64,000 bases of DNA, taken from NCBI GenBank assembly GCA_018657385.1, contig JABHXF010000023.1, positions 1,297 to 65,296 on the forward strand, in the 5' to 3' direction. The notes under the pieces were generated by a model. That model was given only the letters and a program-made list of their open reading frames with translations, was not told the origin of the DNA and searched no databases. A program made the translations under genes and the position numbers. The stretch is from Candidatus Woesearchaeota archaeon (GTDB taxonomy: Archaea; Nanobdellota; Nanobdellia; Woesearchaeales; DSVV01). Shown piece by piece: positions 28,257-38,043 of this stretch. Position 1 is the stretch's first letter, and every line of letters starts with the position of its first letter.

Positions 28257-29192
28257 ATGAAAATAATAAAATATTTATTACTAATTTTAGTTTTAATGTC
28301 TTTATTGTTTGTTAGTTGTACAGGCAATAGAAGAGAATCAGGTGTTGCAGCTCCATTCTATGGTGGGAGTGAAGGTTTAATTGGGGAATTTGAAGATATA
28401 GGTTCTTTATTAAGTCAATCTGGTTATCCTGAGATTTGGGAAGACCAAGGTATCCCTATTCAAGTAAGAATTTTTAATAGAGGTGAATATACTCTTCCTT
28501 CAAATTCAGTTCAGTTTAAAATTAAAGGAATTAAAATTCCTGAAGATTTTCAAGGTGCAGAGGCAATGAAGACAAATCTTAATGAAATTGAAAAAGTTTC
28601 TGAGTATCTTACAGAAGGTGGCGATGAATTAGTTGACTTTGGTGAGGCGTATTATGTTAAGGGTGTTAAAGGCACATTTTATGATGCTAATGTTTTTATT
28701 GAATATACTTATCCATATGAACAAACTGTTATTGTTCCTAAAGTTTGTTTTAAAGGAGATCCTTATGATGAAACTATTTGTGAAGTTGATGAATCTAAAC
28801 AAGCCTATATCTCTGGCGGACCATTTCAAATGGGTTCAGTAGTTCAAAGACCTGCTGGTAAAGGTAGAATTAGTCTTGAAATCCCTATTAGAAATGTAGG
28901 TGGTGGAAAAGCTAAGAAAGAAGATAGCATGTTTGAAGACTTCTCTCCTTTATATGATGAGCTAATTATGGAAGTTCCAGATGGTTGGGAATGCTCAGCA
29001 AAAGGTGGCGGCGATACAGTTAGAGTTAATAGAAATGGTGAAACTGTTATCAGATGTAAATATGGTTTTTATGGTGCACCAATCCCAGAAACAGATGTTT
29101 ATACAAGTGCATTTGATTTAAAAGTTTATTACATCTATTGGGACTTTGTATCGCAAACAGTTAGGATCAGGGAAAACCCAGAATTAAATTAA
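28257..29192 (+). CDS. Lipobox surface protein, divergent paralog 3 of 3 (311 aa)
   Basis: The signal LVLMSLLFVSC carries a lipobox. A GAGGAGG SD is present. Motifs: IQVRIFNRGEYTLP; IEYTYPYEQTVIVPKVCF; ISGGPFQMGSVVQ; LEIPIRNVGGGKA. Confidence 0.65.
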   Translation: MKIIKYLLLILVLMSLLFVSCTGNRRESGVAAPFYGGSEGLIGEFEDIGSLLSQSGYPEIWEDQGIPIQVRIFNRGEYTLPSNSVQFKIKGIKIPEDFQGAEAMKTNLNEIEKVSEYLTEGGDELVDFGEAYYVKGVKGTFYDANVFIEYTYPYEQTVIVPKVCFKGDPYDETICEVDESKQAYISGGPFQMGSVVQRPAGKGRISLEIPIRNVGGGKAKKEDSMFEDFSPLYDELIMEVPDGWECSAKGGGDTVRVNRNGETVIRCKYGFYGAPIPETDVYTSAFDLKVYYIYWDFVSQTVRIRENPELN

Positions 29193-29198
29193 TTTTTT

Positions 29199-30668
29199 TT
29201 ATTTATCTTTCTTTTTTTTAATTATTTCTATAGTGCCTTTATTTGCATCAAGTTCAATTAGGTCTCCAGTTTTAATTATAAATGATGCACCCAATGTTCC
29301 AACTATACATGGAATTCCAAATTCTCTACTTATTACTGCAGCATGTGAACAAATACCACCTTCATCAGTAATAATTCCTGATGACTTCTGAATAATCTGG
29401 ACCATAATCGGGGAAGTCATTGTAGTTACGATAATTTCTCCTTTTTGAAATTGTTTACAATCTTTACTAAATTGTTTTAGATCTTTTACATTAACTATCC
29501 TTGCTTTAGCAGTAATTATTCCTCTATTGGCAGGCATCCCTTTTATTGTTTTAGATTTAATTTTTTTATCTTCTTTCTCAATAAACTCATTTTTATGTTT
29601 AACCCCATTAGCTCCAAAATATGTGTTTGTATTATTATTAACATGGTGTAATATAATACTTTTTTTCCTTTCTTTAATTTTGTTTATGTTCAAAGATTTT
29701 CCAGTTTCTAAAAAATAAAAAATGTCTTTAAAAGTATATGTTTTAATAAAATCATTAAATTCTCCACCAATTCTTTTTTGAACTTCTTTTAATAGGTCTA
29801 AACAGAGATATTCTGCTCCACTCCAACAATGTTTTAATCTATATCTAAATATCCCACTTTTTTGTAATATTGTGCTATACTCCTTTAACTTTTTATCATT
29901 AATGATAGAATATATCTCTTCATGCTTTTTTGATACTTTTATCAAATTGTCCTTTATGTTCTTTATTTCTAAATTGATCTCTTTTTCAGTCTTTTTTTCT
30001 TTAAGTTTCTCATACAAATAATCAATCACTTCTTTTTTAGAATATGTATTAAAGAACAATGCAGGGAATTTTCTAGAATAAACTTCAATTTCTTTTTCTG
30101 ATACTTTCTTTTTTTTCATCAGATTAAAAAAATAGATTCTTTCTTCCATTGTAACATCCATCTCTTCTGGTGTACATAAACTAATAAAATAATCCTTAAA
30201 AATTTCATCATTATGAACTTTTTTTCTTATTATTTCTTTAACCTTTTTCTCCAAAAAATAAGTGCTCTCTGGTGTGGAAGTTCCAAAATATATGAATGTT
30301 TTTTTAATATAACTAAAATAATCTGTTAATATTTTTTTAAGTTTCTGGTTTGAAAGATTAGTGAAATCTATCTTTTTTATATCCTCACTGAATTTAAAAA
30401 AAGATTTGATGTGTTTATCTATATCATTAAACAATTTTTTTGTATACTCTTTATTAAAATACTTTTTACCATTATTTCTGAACTCTTTTATGGCTTCTTC
30501 AGGCATATAGTGTTCAAATACACCATCTGATAAGATAAACATGGACTCACTTATATTTGATTTGGTTACTTTTCCTTCATTATTAGTCGCTAGAAGTATC
30601 TGAAAAAGCATAACTTCAGTAATCATCGCAGATTGTTTCTGCCCCCACATAAACTTAAATGATTTCAT
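29199..30668 (-). CDS. PEP-utilising-enzyme mobile (swivel His) domain protein with an unrecognised ~370-aa N-terminal region
   Basis: The C-terminus GEIIVTTMTSPIMVQIIQKSSGIITDEGGICSHAAVISREFGIPCIVG matches the PEP-utilizer phospho-His domain. The N-terminal part is Lys-rich and shows no ATP-grasp motif that I can see. Confidence 0.6.
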   Translation of the reverse strand: MKSFKFMWGQKQSAMITEVMLFQILLATNNEGKVTKSNISESMFILSDGVFEHYMPEEAIKEFRNNGKKYFNKEYTKKLFNDIDKHIKSFFKFSEDIKKIDFTNLSNQKLKKILTDYFSYIKKTFIYFGTSTPESTYFLEKKVKEIIRKKVHNDEIFKDYFISLCTPEEMDVTMEERIYFFNLMKKKKVSEKEIEVYSRKFPALFFNTYSKKEVIDYLYEKLKEKKTEKEINLEIKNIKDNLIKVSKKHEEIYSIINDKKLKEYSTILQKSGIFRYRLKHCWSGAEYLCLDLLKEVQKRIGGEFNDFIKTYTFKDIFYFLETGKSLNINKIKERKKSIILHHVNNNTNTYFGANGVKHKNEFIEKEDKKIKSKTIKGMPANRGIITAKARIVNVKDLKQFSKDCKQFQKGEIIVTTMTSPIMVQIIQKSSGIITDEGGICSHAAVISREFGIPCIVGTLGASFIIKTGDLIELDANKGTIEIIKKKKDK

Positions 30669-30691
30669 TTTCTATTAATCTAGTGGTGCTA

Positions 30692-30699
30692 TTATAAAT
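30692..30699 (-). promoter_or_regulatory. TATA-like box about 27 nt upstream of the 30668 start
   Basis: The minus-strand sequence is ATTTATAA. Its centre is ~27.5 nt from the ATG. Confidence 0.45.
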
Positions 30700-30721
30700 A
30701 ATTAACTAATCAAAGAATAAA

Positions 30722-31696
30722 TTATTTCAAACTACACAAAGTAAAATTAGCCAACAATGCCTCTAATTGTAGATATTCATCACTACCTTCAGTCATTCTA
30801 AACTCTATTTCTCCACATTTATCAATTAACTTAACTTTCATTCTATCATCTATATCTAATTCTAAAACTTGTCTCTGTATTTGTTTAATTATATCTTGTC
30901 CACTAAGTCCATATCTTAACATTGCATCTAACAATTTATTTCTGGCATCAATAAATTTATTATTAATTGCTAATTGCAATATTTCTTCAACTTCTTTTGG
31001 TTTAGCAACAGATGCCATTGAAAACACTAATTCTTCTGTTATTTTTGAGTCAAGTGCAGCACAACTTTGTAAAATGTTTTCCATCCTTCTACAATCTCCT
31101 CCACTTATCTCAAATAGAGCTTGTTTTGCATTTTCTTCCATATCTAGATCTTCTGCTTTTGCAATACTTTCAATTAATACAAAAATATCTTCTTTTGCTA
31201 ATGGTTTAAATCTAAATAAAGTACATCTACTCTGAATAGGATCAATAATTTTTGAGGAATAATTATTAGATAGAATAAATCTACATGTTTGTGTATAATT
31301 CTCCATAGTTCTTCTTAATGCTTGTTGTGCTTCTTTTGTTAAAGCATCACTTTCATCTAAGAAAATAACTTTAAATGGTACATTACCAAGGGCTCTAGTT
31401 CTTGCAAAGTCCTTTACTTTATTTCTAACAACATCAATACCTCTTTCATCTGATGCATTTAATTCAAGAAAGTTTTGTTTCCAGTTCTCTCCAAACATTT
31501 GTTTAGCTACAACAATTGCTAATGTTGATTTTCCTGTTCCAGCAGGTCCTGAAAACATTAAATGAGGCATATTTCCTTTTTTAATAAATGCCTTAATCTT
31601 TCTTTTAATATCTTCCTGGCCTTTAATCTCATCAAATGTACTAGGTCTATACTTTTCAATCCATATTGCTGTATTTTGCTTGTTTGGTGGATTCAT
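30722..31696 (-). CDS. rfcS: Replication factor C small subunit
   Basis: Contains WIEKYRPSTFDEIKGQE..., the Walker A motif SGPAGTGKST, DESDALT, and the SRC motif in IDPIQSRCTLFRF. Confidence 0.93.
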   Translation of the reverse strand: MNPPNKQNTAIWIEKYRPSTFDEIKGQEDIKRKIKAFIKKGNMPHLMFSGPAGTGKSTLAIVVAKQMFGENWKQNFLELNASDERGIDVVRNKVKDFARTRALGNVPFKVIFLDESDALTKEAQQALRRTMENYTQTCRFILSNNYSSKIIDPIQSRCTLFRFKPLAKEDIFVLIESIAKAEDLDMEENAKQALFEISGGDCRRMENILQSCAALDSKITEELVFSMASVAKPKEVEEILQLAINNKFIDARNKLLDAMLRYGLSGQDIIKQIQRQVLELDIDDRMKVKLIDKCGEIEFRMTEGSDEYLQLEALLANFTLCSLK

Positions 31697-31769
31697 TATA
31701 AAATTTAGAATTTTTGTAGCTTTAAATATTTATTGTTTGTAAAATCTTAGAATTAAATAAATAAAAAAA

Positions 31770-32033
31770 TTAAATAATATCTTCTTCTGCAATAACTAAA
31801 TAGTCACCCATAGCAATAACTGCACTAAATGGTATTAATATATTGCCTTGTTTGTCTTTTTCTAACTCTAACTTTTCTGTATAGGTTGTTGGGTTAACAA
31901 GTACTATATGGATTAGTTCTCCAGATCTAGTTTCAAATACTAAATCGCCTACATCTCCAAACTTTTTTGCAGATTTTGATACTACTACTTTTCCTAATAA
32001 CTGTTTTGAAAACTTTTTTTCTTCTTCACCCAT
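31770..32033 (-). CDS. PRC-barrel domain protein
   Basis: 87 aa. LLGKVVVSKSAKKFGDVGDLVFETRSGELIHIVL...ILIPFSAVIAMGDYLVI is typical of small archaeal PRC-barrel proteins. Confidence 0.6.
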   Translation of the reverse strand: MGEEEKKFSKQLLGKVVVSKSAKKFGDVGDLVFETRSGELIHIVLVNPTTYTEKLELEKDKQGNILIPFSAVIAMGDYLVIAEEDII

Positions 32034-32348
32034 TTTATTTCCCCTCAGTAATGATTATTTCATTTAATATTAATAAACCTAATTATTAATGATATGTGAG
32101 ATACTATTGTATTTAAATCTTTCGATAGAAAATGGCCTTGTATGTTTTGAACGTATAAGGTGAGAACAATAAACTATTTTATACTTAAACTACTTAATTA
32201 GGCTTACTTTATCTGTTTTTACGTCTTATTTAATTAAATATCTTGTGGCAAACATTAAGCAAATTTTCAATTTGACTCAAATATAAACTAAATTTAACCC
32301 TTTTCACACTTTTTTTAATTTTTTTATTTGATTTCAAATAATTATTCA

Positions 32349-32978
32349 TTACTTAACAAGTTTATCTACTGCTTTAGGAACATAATCCATTAACTTTTCA
32401 ACAGCAGCAATATATGCTTTTCTTCCTAAACCAAATGAATTAGGTATTTCTGCTTTATTATCTCCTGTAACATATCTACTAAGTACATCAATCAATGGAT
32501 TATATTGGGAAGAGGCATATATCTCTTGTACTTGATTATTATTGGTATTTGCCATAGACAATACAGCAATTGTATCAGGTTTTGCAATTGTTTGTTCTTT
32601 TTTTTCTTTAATGATTCCTTCAATACCAAACATTGGTAAAACATCTACTCTATCCTTCATTTCTTCTTGAATAAATTGATATTCTGCTTTTTTAAAATAA
32701 TGTACTATGGCTGTATCATTACCTTCTTTTATTGCCTTATTTATATCTTGGAGTTCTATTGGTGTATATACTCCTCTTTCTTTTGCAACAGCAATTACCT
32801 TTAATCTAAATCCAATTGGTACATTATCTAATCTGATTTTTTCAGCTAATGATCCACTGGATGCTGCTTCATATCTTTCAACTGCATCTATTTTATGAAG
32901 GTGATCTCTAGCAATTAGTTCTGCAATTGGTGATCTTCCTTGGTTTCCAGTACATGTAAATTCAATGATTTCTTTCAT
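32349..32978 (-). CDS. Low-molecular-weight phosphotyrosine phosphatase / ArsC-like family protein
   Basis: The P-loop C-X5-R-S sits at the N-terminus (FTCTGNQGRSP). The ATG at 32978 is preceded by an AAGGTGA SD, so it is preferred over the GTG at 32987 given in the ORF track. Confidence 0.65.
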   Translation of the reverse strand: MKEIIEFTCTGNQGRSPIAELIARDHLHKIDAVERYEAASSGSLAEKIRLDNVPIGFRLKVIAVAKERGVYTPIELQDINKAIKEGNDTAIVHYFKKAEYQFIQEEMKDRVDVLPMFGIEGIIKEKKEQTIAKPDTIAVLSMANTNNNQVQEIYASSQYNPLIDVLSRYVTGDNKAEIPNSFGLGRKAYIAAVEKLMDYVPKAVDKLVK

Positions 32979-33107
32979 TTTCTTCACCTTTTCTATGGTT
33001 AATTTAATAATTATTTAATTGTTTGTATTTGTATCACTTGATAGTACTAACTCCATACCTTGTACTATTTAAATCTTATTTCCCCCTTGGTGGGTTAGGA
33101 TGGTAAG

Positions 33108-33117
33108 TTTTATATAT
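33108..33117 (+). promoter_or_regulatory. TATA box for the TrmB-like gene (leaderless spacing)
   Basis: TTTTATATAT is centred ~26.5 nt upstream of the ATG at 33139. Confidence 0.5.
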
Positions 33118-33138
33118 CATCTTGTATTTTATTAGCAT

Positions 33139-33915
33139 ATGATTGATTCAAGTACATTAGAGGGAATAGGTTTAACAAAAGGCGAGGCAAGGGTTTATCT
33201 TGCATTAGTTCATCTTGGATCTACTAGTGTTGGGCCCATAATAACCCTGAGTAAGGTTTCTGGTTCTAAGGTTTATGTAATATTAAATAAATTAATTCAA
33301 AAAGGATTAGTAAGTTCCATTATTAGGAATAAAACAAAAATATTTCAACCACAAGATCCTTCAAGACTATTTGATTATATTGATAATCAGGAGAAAGAGA
33401 TACAAAAAAGGAGGGAAAAAATAGGGGATTTAATGCCTTCTTTAATTGCATCTCTTAAAGAAAAACCAGAGACTATTGTTGAAGTATTAGAGGGTAAAAG
33501 TGGATTTATCTCTATACATGAAAAAGAACTTAAAAAAATGCAAAATGGCGATACATACTATTCAATAGCTGATTATACTTTTGGTAAGACTTATGCTGCA
33601 TTTTGGATTAAATATAATGAATTAAGACAAAAAAAAGGCATTGGTCAACATCTTATATACTCATTTGATAATTGGAATCAAAAACATAGGGTAGGATTAA
33701 GAAAAAAAAGAAAATTATTTTCTCCACGTGTTTTGCCTACTGAAATAAATATACCAACACATTTATCAATATTTAAAGAAGCAGTAGTCATTAGTATATT
33801 TGAAAAAGAACCAATTTCAATTGTTATTAGGAATAAATCTTTATTCAATGCTCAAAAACAATACTTTAAAATGTTATGGGATATTGCAAAACTACCTATG
33901 GGATATGAAAATTAA
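33139..33915 (+). CDS. TrmB-family transcriptional regulator
   Basis: The N-terminal wHTH region is LEGIGLTKGEARVYLALVHLGSTSVGPIITLSKVSGSKVYVILNKLIQKGLV. Confidence 0.7.
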   Translation: MIDSSTLEGIGLTKGEARVYLALVHLGSTSVGPIITLSKVSGSKVYVILNKLIQKGLVSSIIRNKTKIFQPQDPSRLFDYIDNQEKEIQKRREKIGDLMPSLIASLKEKPETIVEVLEGKSGFISIHEKELKKMQNGDTYYSIADYTFGKTYAAFWIKYNELRQKKGIGQHLIYSFDNWNQKHRVGLRKKRKLFSPRVLPTEINIPTHLSIFKEAVVISIFEKEPISIVIRNKSLFNAQKQYFKMLWDIAKLPMGYEN

Positions 33916-33977
33916 GAAATCTCACACTACTTTACTAAAAATATTTATATAAAATCAACTTAACACAAAAATAAGGG

Positions 33978-35075
33978 ATGATAAACATGAAAATAGAAGA
34001 AAAAATCAAACTAATAATGGAAGTAGGGGAAGAAGTTCTTACAGAAGAAGAGCTGAAAACACTATTTGAGACAAAAAAGCATCCAATTGCATATGATGGT
34101 TTTGAGCCTTCTGGCACAAGCGTACATATTGCTCAGGGGTTATTAAGGGCTATAAACATCAATAAGATGACTAAAGCAGGGGTAAAATTCACTATGTTAG
34201 CTGCTGATTGGCATGGTTGGGCAAATAATAAGTTAGATGGTGATTTAGAAAAAATTAATATTGTTGGTGATTACTTAATTGAGGTATGGAAAGCATGTGA
34301 TATGGACCTTGATAATGTTAAATTTATCAGAAGTACAGATTTAATTAATAATGGCACATACTGGAAAACAGTAATGCAAGTAGCAAGAAATAATACTGTT
34401 AAAAGAATAACAAGATGTTCTCAAATCATGGGTAGGGGAGAGAATGACTCATTACAATCTTCTCAGATACTTTATCCTTGTATGCAATGTGCTGATATCT
34501 TTGAAATTGGTGCTGATATCACACAATTAGGCATGGATCAGAGAAAAGTAAATGTATTGGCAAGAGAAGTAGGTCCAAAGCTTGGTTATTACAAGCCTGT
34601 TGTTGTTAGTCATCATATGTTACAAGGGTTATCACAACCACCAGGTAAAGATGCGAGTCATGAAGAACGAATGATGGCAATGAAAATGTCAAAATCAAAA
34701 CCTGATTCTGCTATTTTTATGAATGATATTGAAGCAGATATTAATCGTAAGGTTAAAAAAGCATATTGTCCAGAAGCTCAAGTTCAGGAAAATCCTATCT
34801 TAGAATATTGTAAATATATCATCTTCCCCAAATTTGAAAAATCTGGTTCATTAATTATTGAAAGACCTGAAAAATGGGGTGGTAATCTTGAATTTAAAAC
34901 TTATGCCGAATTAGAAAAAGCATTTGCTGCTAATGAATTACATCCTGCAGATCTTAAACAAGCAGTTGCTATTTATCTTAATAAACTTCTTGAACCTGTT
35001 AGGAAAAAACTTGAGAAAAACAAAAAAGCAATTAAATTAGCAGAACAGATTAAAGAATTTAAAGTTACAAGGTAA
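33978..35075 (+). CDS. tyrS: Tyrosyl-tRNA synthetase (archaeal type)
   Basis: Contains AYDGFEPSG..HIAQG, the KMSKS loop (KMSKSKPDSAIFM) and IERPEKWGGNLEF...ELHPADLKQAVA. It is collinear by eye with M. jannaschii TyrRS. Confidence 0.88.
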   Translation: MINMKIEEKIKLIMEVGEEVLTEEELKTLFETKKHPIAYDGFEPSGTSVHIAQGLLRAININKMTKAGVKFTMLAADWHGWANNKLDGDLEKINIVGDYLIEVWKACDMDLDNVKFIRSTDLINNGTYWKTVMQVARNNTVKRITRCSQIMGRGENDSLQSSQILYPCMQCADIFEIGADITQLGMDQRKVNVLAREVGPKLGYYKPVVVSHHMLQGLSQPPGKDASHEERMMAMKMSKSKPDSAIFMNDIEADINRKVKKAYCPEAQVQENPILEYCKYIIFPKFEKSGSLIIERPEKWGGNLEFKTYAELEKAFAANELHPADLKQAVAIYLNKLLEPVRKKLEKNKKAIKLAEQIKEFKVTR

Positions 35076-35092
35076 TTTAGATAATAAATAAC

Positions 35093-35100
35093 TTTATATA
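35093..35100 (+). promoter_or_regulatory. TATA box (TTTATATA) for the M24 peptidase gene
   Basis: Its centre is 27.5 nt upstream of the ATG at 35124. Confidence 0.5.
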
Positions 35101-35123
35101 CTTCTTTTTTTATAATCTTATTC

Positions 35124-36206
35124 ATGAAATCTTTTAAACAAGAACTAAGAAAACAGAAAATTCATCTTGCCTTAATTATAAACTCAACTTTACAAGATCC
35201 TAATTTTTATTATTTAACTAATGTAACTCCAGAAAATGCATTCATGTTAATATCTTCTAAATTCTCAACTAAAATATACTGTTCTCCTCTAGAATCTGCC
35301 CAACTTAAATCTAAATCAAAAATAAAAGCATTTTATAATCTTGATAAAAAAACATTTGAAAAGATGATTGCTTTAATAAGAAAATACAGGATTAAGAAAA
35401 TTGGTATGAATCTATCAACAATTACTGTAAATGAGTTTAATGGGATTAAAAAAAGAATACAAAAACAAGTTAAGGGTATTAAGTTTGTTGATATTTCTAA
35501 TCTATTAAGAAAAACCAGAGCAATTAAAACAAAACAAGAGATTAAATTATATAAAAAAGCAACAAAGATTACTGAAATTATTTGGGAAAAAACATTAAAG
35601 TACATAAAATCCAAGAGGTCAATAACTGAAATACAAGTGAAAGAATTCATGGAAAAAGAAATGAATAATTTAAACTTAACTTCTTCATTTCCAACAATTG
35701 TAGCGTCTGGAAAAAATTCATCTATTCCGCATTATGTTCCACAAAAAAAGAAACTAAGTAAGGGATTTTGTGTTATTGATTTCGGAATAAATTATAAAGG
35801 TTATTGTACTGATATAACAAGAACTATTTATCTTGGAAAACCATCACAAAAAGAAATAGATCTGTATAAACTTATTTTTGATACTAAAAATTATGCTGCT
35901 TCATTAATCAAACCAAACCAATTTTCCGCAACAATTTCAAAAAAAACACGGAAATTTCTGGGGGAATACGATAAATATTTTACACATGGTCTTGGTCATG
36001 GGATTGGGCTAGAAATTCATGAATTACCAAATTTAAAGGTAACAGCAAAAGAAAAATTCCAGCCAAATATGATTTTTACAATTGAACCGGGTATATATAT
36101 AAAAAATAAATTAGGAATCAGACTAGAAGACGATTATTTATTAACAAACAAATCTATTATACAATTAACTAAAGCACCAAAAAATCTTGCTGTAATAAAT
36201 CGGTAA
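35124..36206 (+). CDS. M24 family Xaa-Pro peptidase
   Basis: Metal-ligand motifs are present: DFGINYKGYCTDITRT, HGLGHGIGLEIHE, FTIEPGIY and IRLEDDYLLT. Confidence 0.85.
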   Translation: MKSFKQELRKQKIHLALIINSTLQDPNFYYLTNVTPENAFMLISSKFSTKIYCSPLESAQLKSKSKIKAFYNLDKKTFEKMIALIRKYRIKKIGMNLSTITVNEFNGIKKRIQKQVKGIKFVDISNLLRKTRAIKTKQEIKLYKKATKITEIIWEKTLKYIKSKRSITEIQVKEFMEKEMNNLNLTSSFPTIVASGKNSSIPHYVPQKKKLSKGFCVIDFGINYKGYCTDITRTIYLGKPSQKEIDLYKLIFDTKNYAASLIKPNQFSATISKKTRKFLGEYDKYFTHGLGHGIGLEIHELPNLKVTAKEKFQPNMIFTIEPGIYIKNKLGIRLEDDYLLTNKSIIQLTKAPKNLAVINR

Positions 36207-36237
36207 TTTTATTAATCTCCTTTAATTCTTTAATCTT

Positions 36238-36807
36238 ATGAAATTAATCTTAACAAGGCATGGCCAAACAATAGGTAATGTAACTGGTATTTTGCAGGGT
36301 CATAATCCTGGCAAATTAACTGAAAAAGGAATACAACAAGCAAAAAAACTAGCTTTAAGATTAAAAAATGAAAAAATAGATGCAATTTATTCTAGTGACC
36401 TTAAACGTGCTAGTGATACTGCAAAAATGATCATTGAATTTCATAAAAATATACCTGTCTATTATGTAAAAGAATTAAGGGAGGGTGATTGTGGTAGTTT
36501 TACTGGAAAAAAAGAATCTGAAATTGATTGGAATTGTAAACCAGATGATGCTGAATCAGTTGATGAAATGCAATCAAGAGTAAACAAATTGTTTGAATCT
36601 GTTTACAAGAAACACGTGAATGATACAATACTTTTTGTTGGCCATAATGGTATTAATAAATCATTGATGACTATTATCAATAATCTTCCAGCTAATGATT
36701 TACCTAAAATACCAAGTTTTTCTCCAACTTCACTTACTATCTTTGAAATTAATGAAGACAAAAATAATAAAATTCTTTTATTAAATTGTGTTGAACATTT
36801 AAATTAA
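36238..36807 (+). CDS. Histidine phosphatase (phosphoglycerate mutase-like) family protein
   Basis: Contains the catalytic RHG motif (LILTRHGQTIGN) and a downstream VGHNG. Confidence 0.8.
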   Translation: MKLILTRHGQTIGNVTGILQGHNPGKLTEKGIQQAKKLALRLKNEKIDAIYSSDLKRASDTAKMIIEFHKNIPVYYVKELREGDCGSFTGKKESEIDWNCKPDDAESVDEMQSRVNKLFESVYKKHVNDTILFVGHNGINKSLMTIINNLPANDLPKIPSFSPTSLTIFEINEDKNNKILLLNCVEHLN

Positions 36808-36832
36808 AATAATTTGAAAAATCTACACAAAC

Positions 36833-36840
36833 TTTATAAA
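36833..36840 (+). promoter_or_regulatory. TATA box (TTTATAAA) for pan
   Basis: Its centre is 26.5 nt upstream of the ATG at 36863. Confidence 0.55.
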
Positions 36841-36862
36841 CAAAAAAGATTTACTCTATGTT

Positions 36863-38005
36863 ATGGATGCAAAAAATAATGAAGCATTAGATAATGTCAT
36901 GTATAACTATACTGTTAATGCACATCGTCTAGAGACAGAAAATAAAATTCTAAAAGAAACAATAACACAACTACAGAGAGAATTAAAAAGATTAAGGGAA
37001 CCTGCATTAATGGTTTGTGAAGTTTCTGATGTTACAGGCGAAAATGCAGTTATTCGAACACCTAATGGTAATCAATTTTTTGTTAATGTTTCTAGAGATC
37101 TTAAGGATTTAAGATCAGGTGATACTGTATTGGCTGAACAAAAGAATCTAAATATTATAAAAAAAGTTTCAGTTTCAAAAAAGTTTAATGTTGAACAATT
37201 TGTAATTATGGAAAAACCAAAAGTTTCTTGGAAAGATGTTGGTGGTTTAAAAGATCAAATTGAAGAGATACAAGAAGTTGTTGAAATGCCTTTATTAAAC
37301 CCTGAGATATTTAAAAAAGTGGGTATTGTTCCACCAAAAGGTATTTTATTATATGGTCCACCAGGTACTGGAAAAACTTTGTTAGCTAAAGCAGTTGCTA
37401 AGGCAACAAAAAGCACATTTATAGAAATTGTTGCATCTGAATTAGTTCAAAAATTTATTGGTGAAGGTGCAAAAATGGTTAAAGAAATCTTTGAGTTAGC
37501 AAGAAAAAAAGCACCTTCTGTTGTTTTTATTGACGAGCTTGATGCACTGGCTGCAAAGAGAATTGAAGTTGGTACTTCTGGAGAAAGAGAAGTTCAAAGA
37601 ACTTTTATGCAATTCTTAGCAGAATTAGATGGCTTTAAAAATTTAGGTAATGTTAAAATTATTGGCTGTACTAATAGAAAAGATATTTTAGATCCTGCAA
37701 TTCTTAGGCCAGGGAGATTAGATCGTTTAATTGAAGTTCCTCTACCTGGAAAAGAAGGTGTAAAACAAATCTTCACTATTCATTCAAGAAATATGACCCT
37801 TGATAAAAATATTAAATTGGATAGGGTTCTTAAGAAATTAGAACATTTTTCTGGTGCAGAAATTAGGGCTGTTTGTACTGAATCTGGTTATTTTGCTATA
37901 AGAAATAAAAGAACTAAAATTATTGAAAGTGATTTATTATTAGCTGTTGAAAAAGTAAAACAAAAAGAAAAACAAGATGAATCTTATCTAAAGATGTTTG
38001 GTTAA
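36863..38005 (+). CDS. pan: Proteasome-activating nucleotidase (AAA+ ATPase)
   Basis: An N-terminal coiled coil and an OB segment are followed by GILLYGPPGTGKTLLAKAVA and VVFIDELDAL. The length (380 aa) fits PAN. Confidence 0.9.
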   Translation: MDAKNNEALDNVMYNYTVNAHRLETENKILKETITQLQRELKRLREPALMVCEVSDVTGENAVIRTPNGNQFFVNVSRDLKDLRSGDTVLAEQKNLNIIKKVSVSKKFNVEQFVIMEKPKVSWKDVGGLKDQIEEIQEVVEMPLLNPEIFKKVGIVPPKGILLYGPPGTGKTLLAKAVAKATKSTFIEIVASELVQKFIGEGAKMVKEIFELARKKAPSVVFIDELDALAAKRIEVGTSGEREVQRTFMQFLAELDGFKNLGNVKIIGCTNRKDILDPAILRPGRLDRLIEVPLPGKEGVKQIFTIHSRNMTLDKNIKLDRVLKKLEHFSGAEIRAVCTESGYFAIRNKRTKIIESDLLLAVEKVKQKEKQDESYLKMFG

Positions 38006-38043
38006 ACTTGGCTTTATTGATTAAATAATTGAATTTTTCTAAT

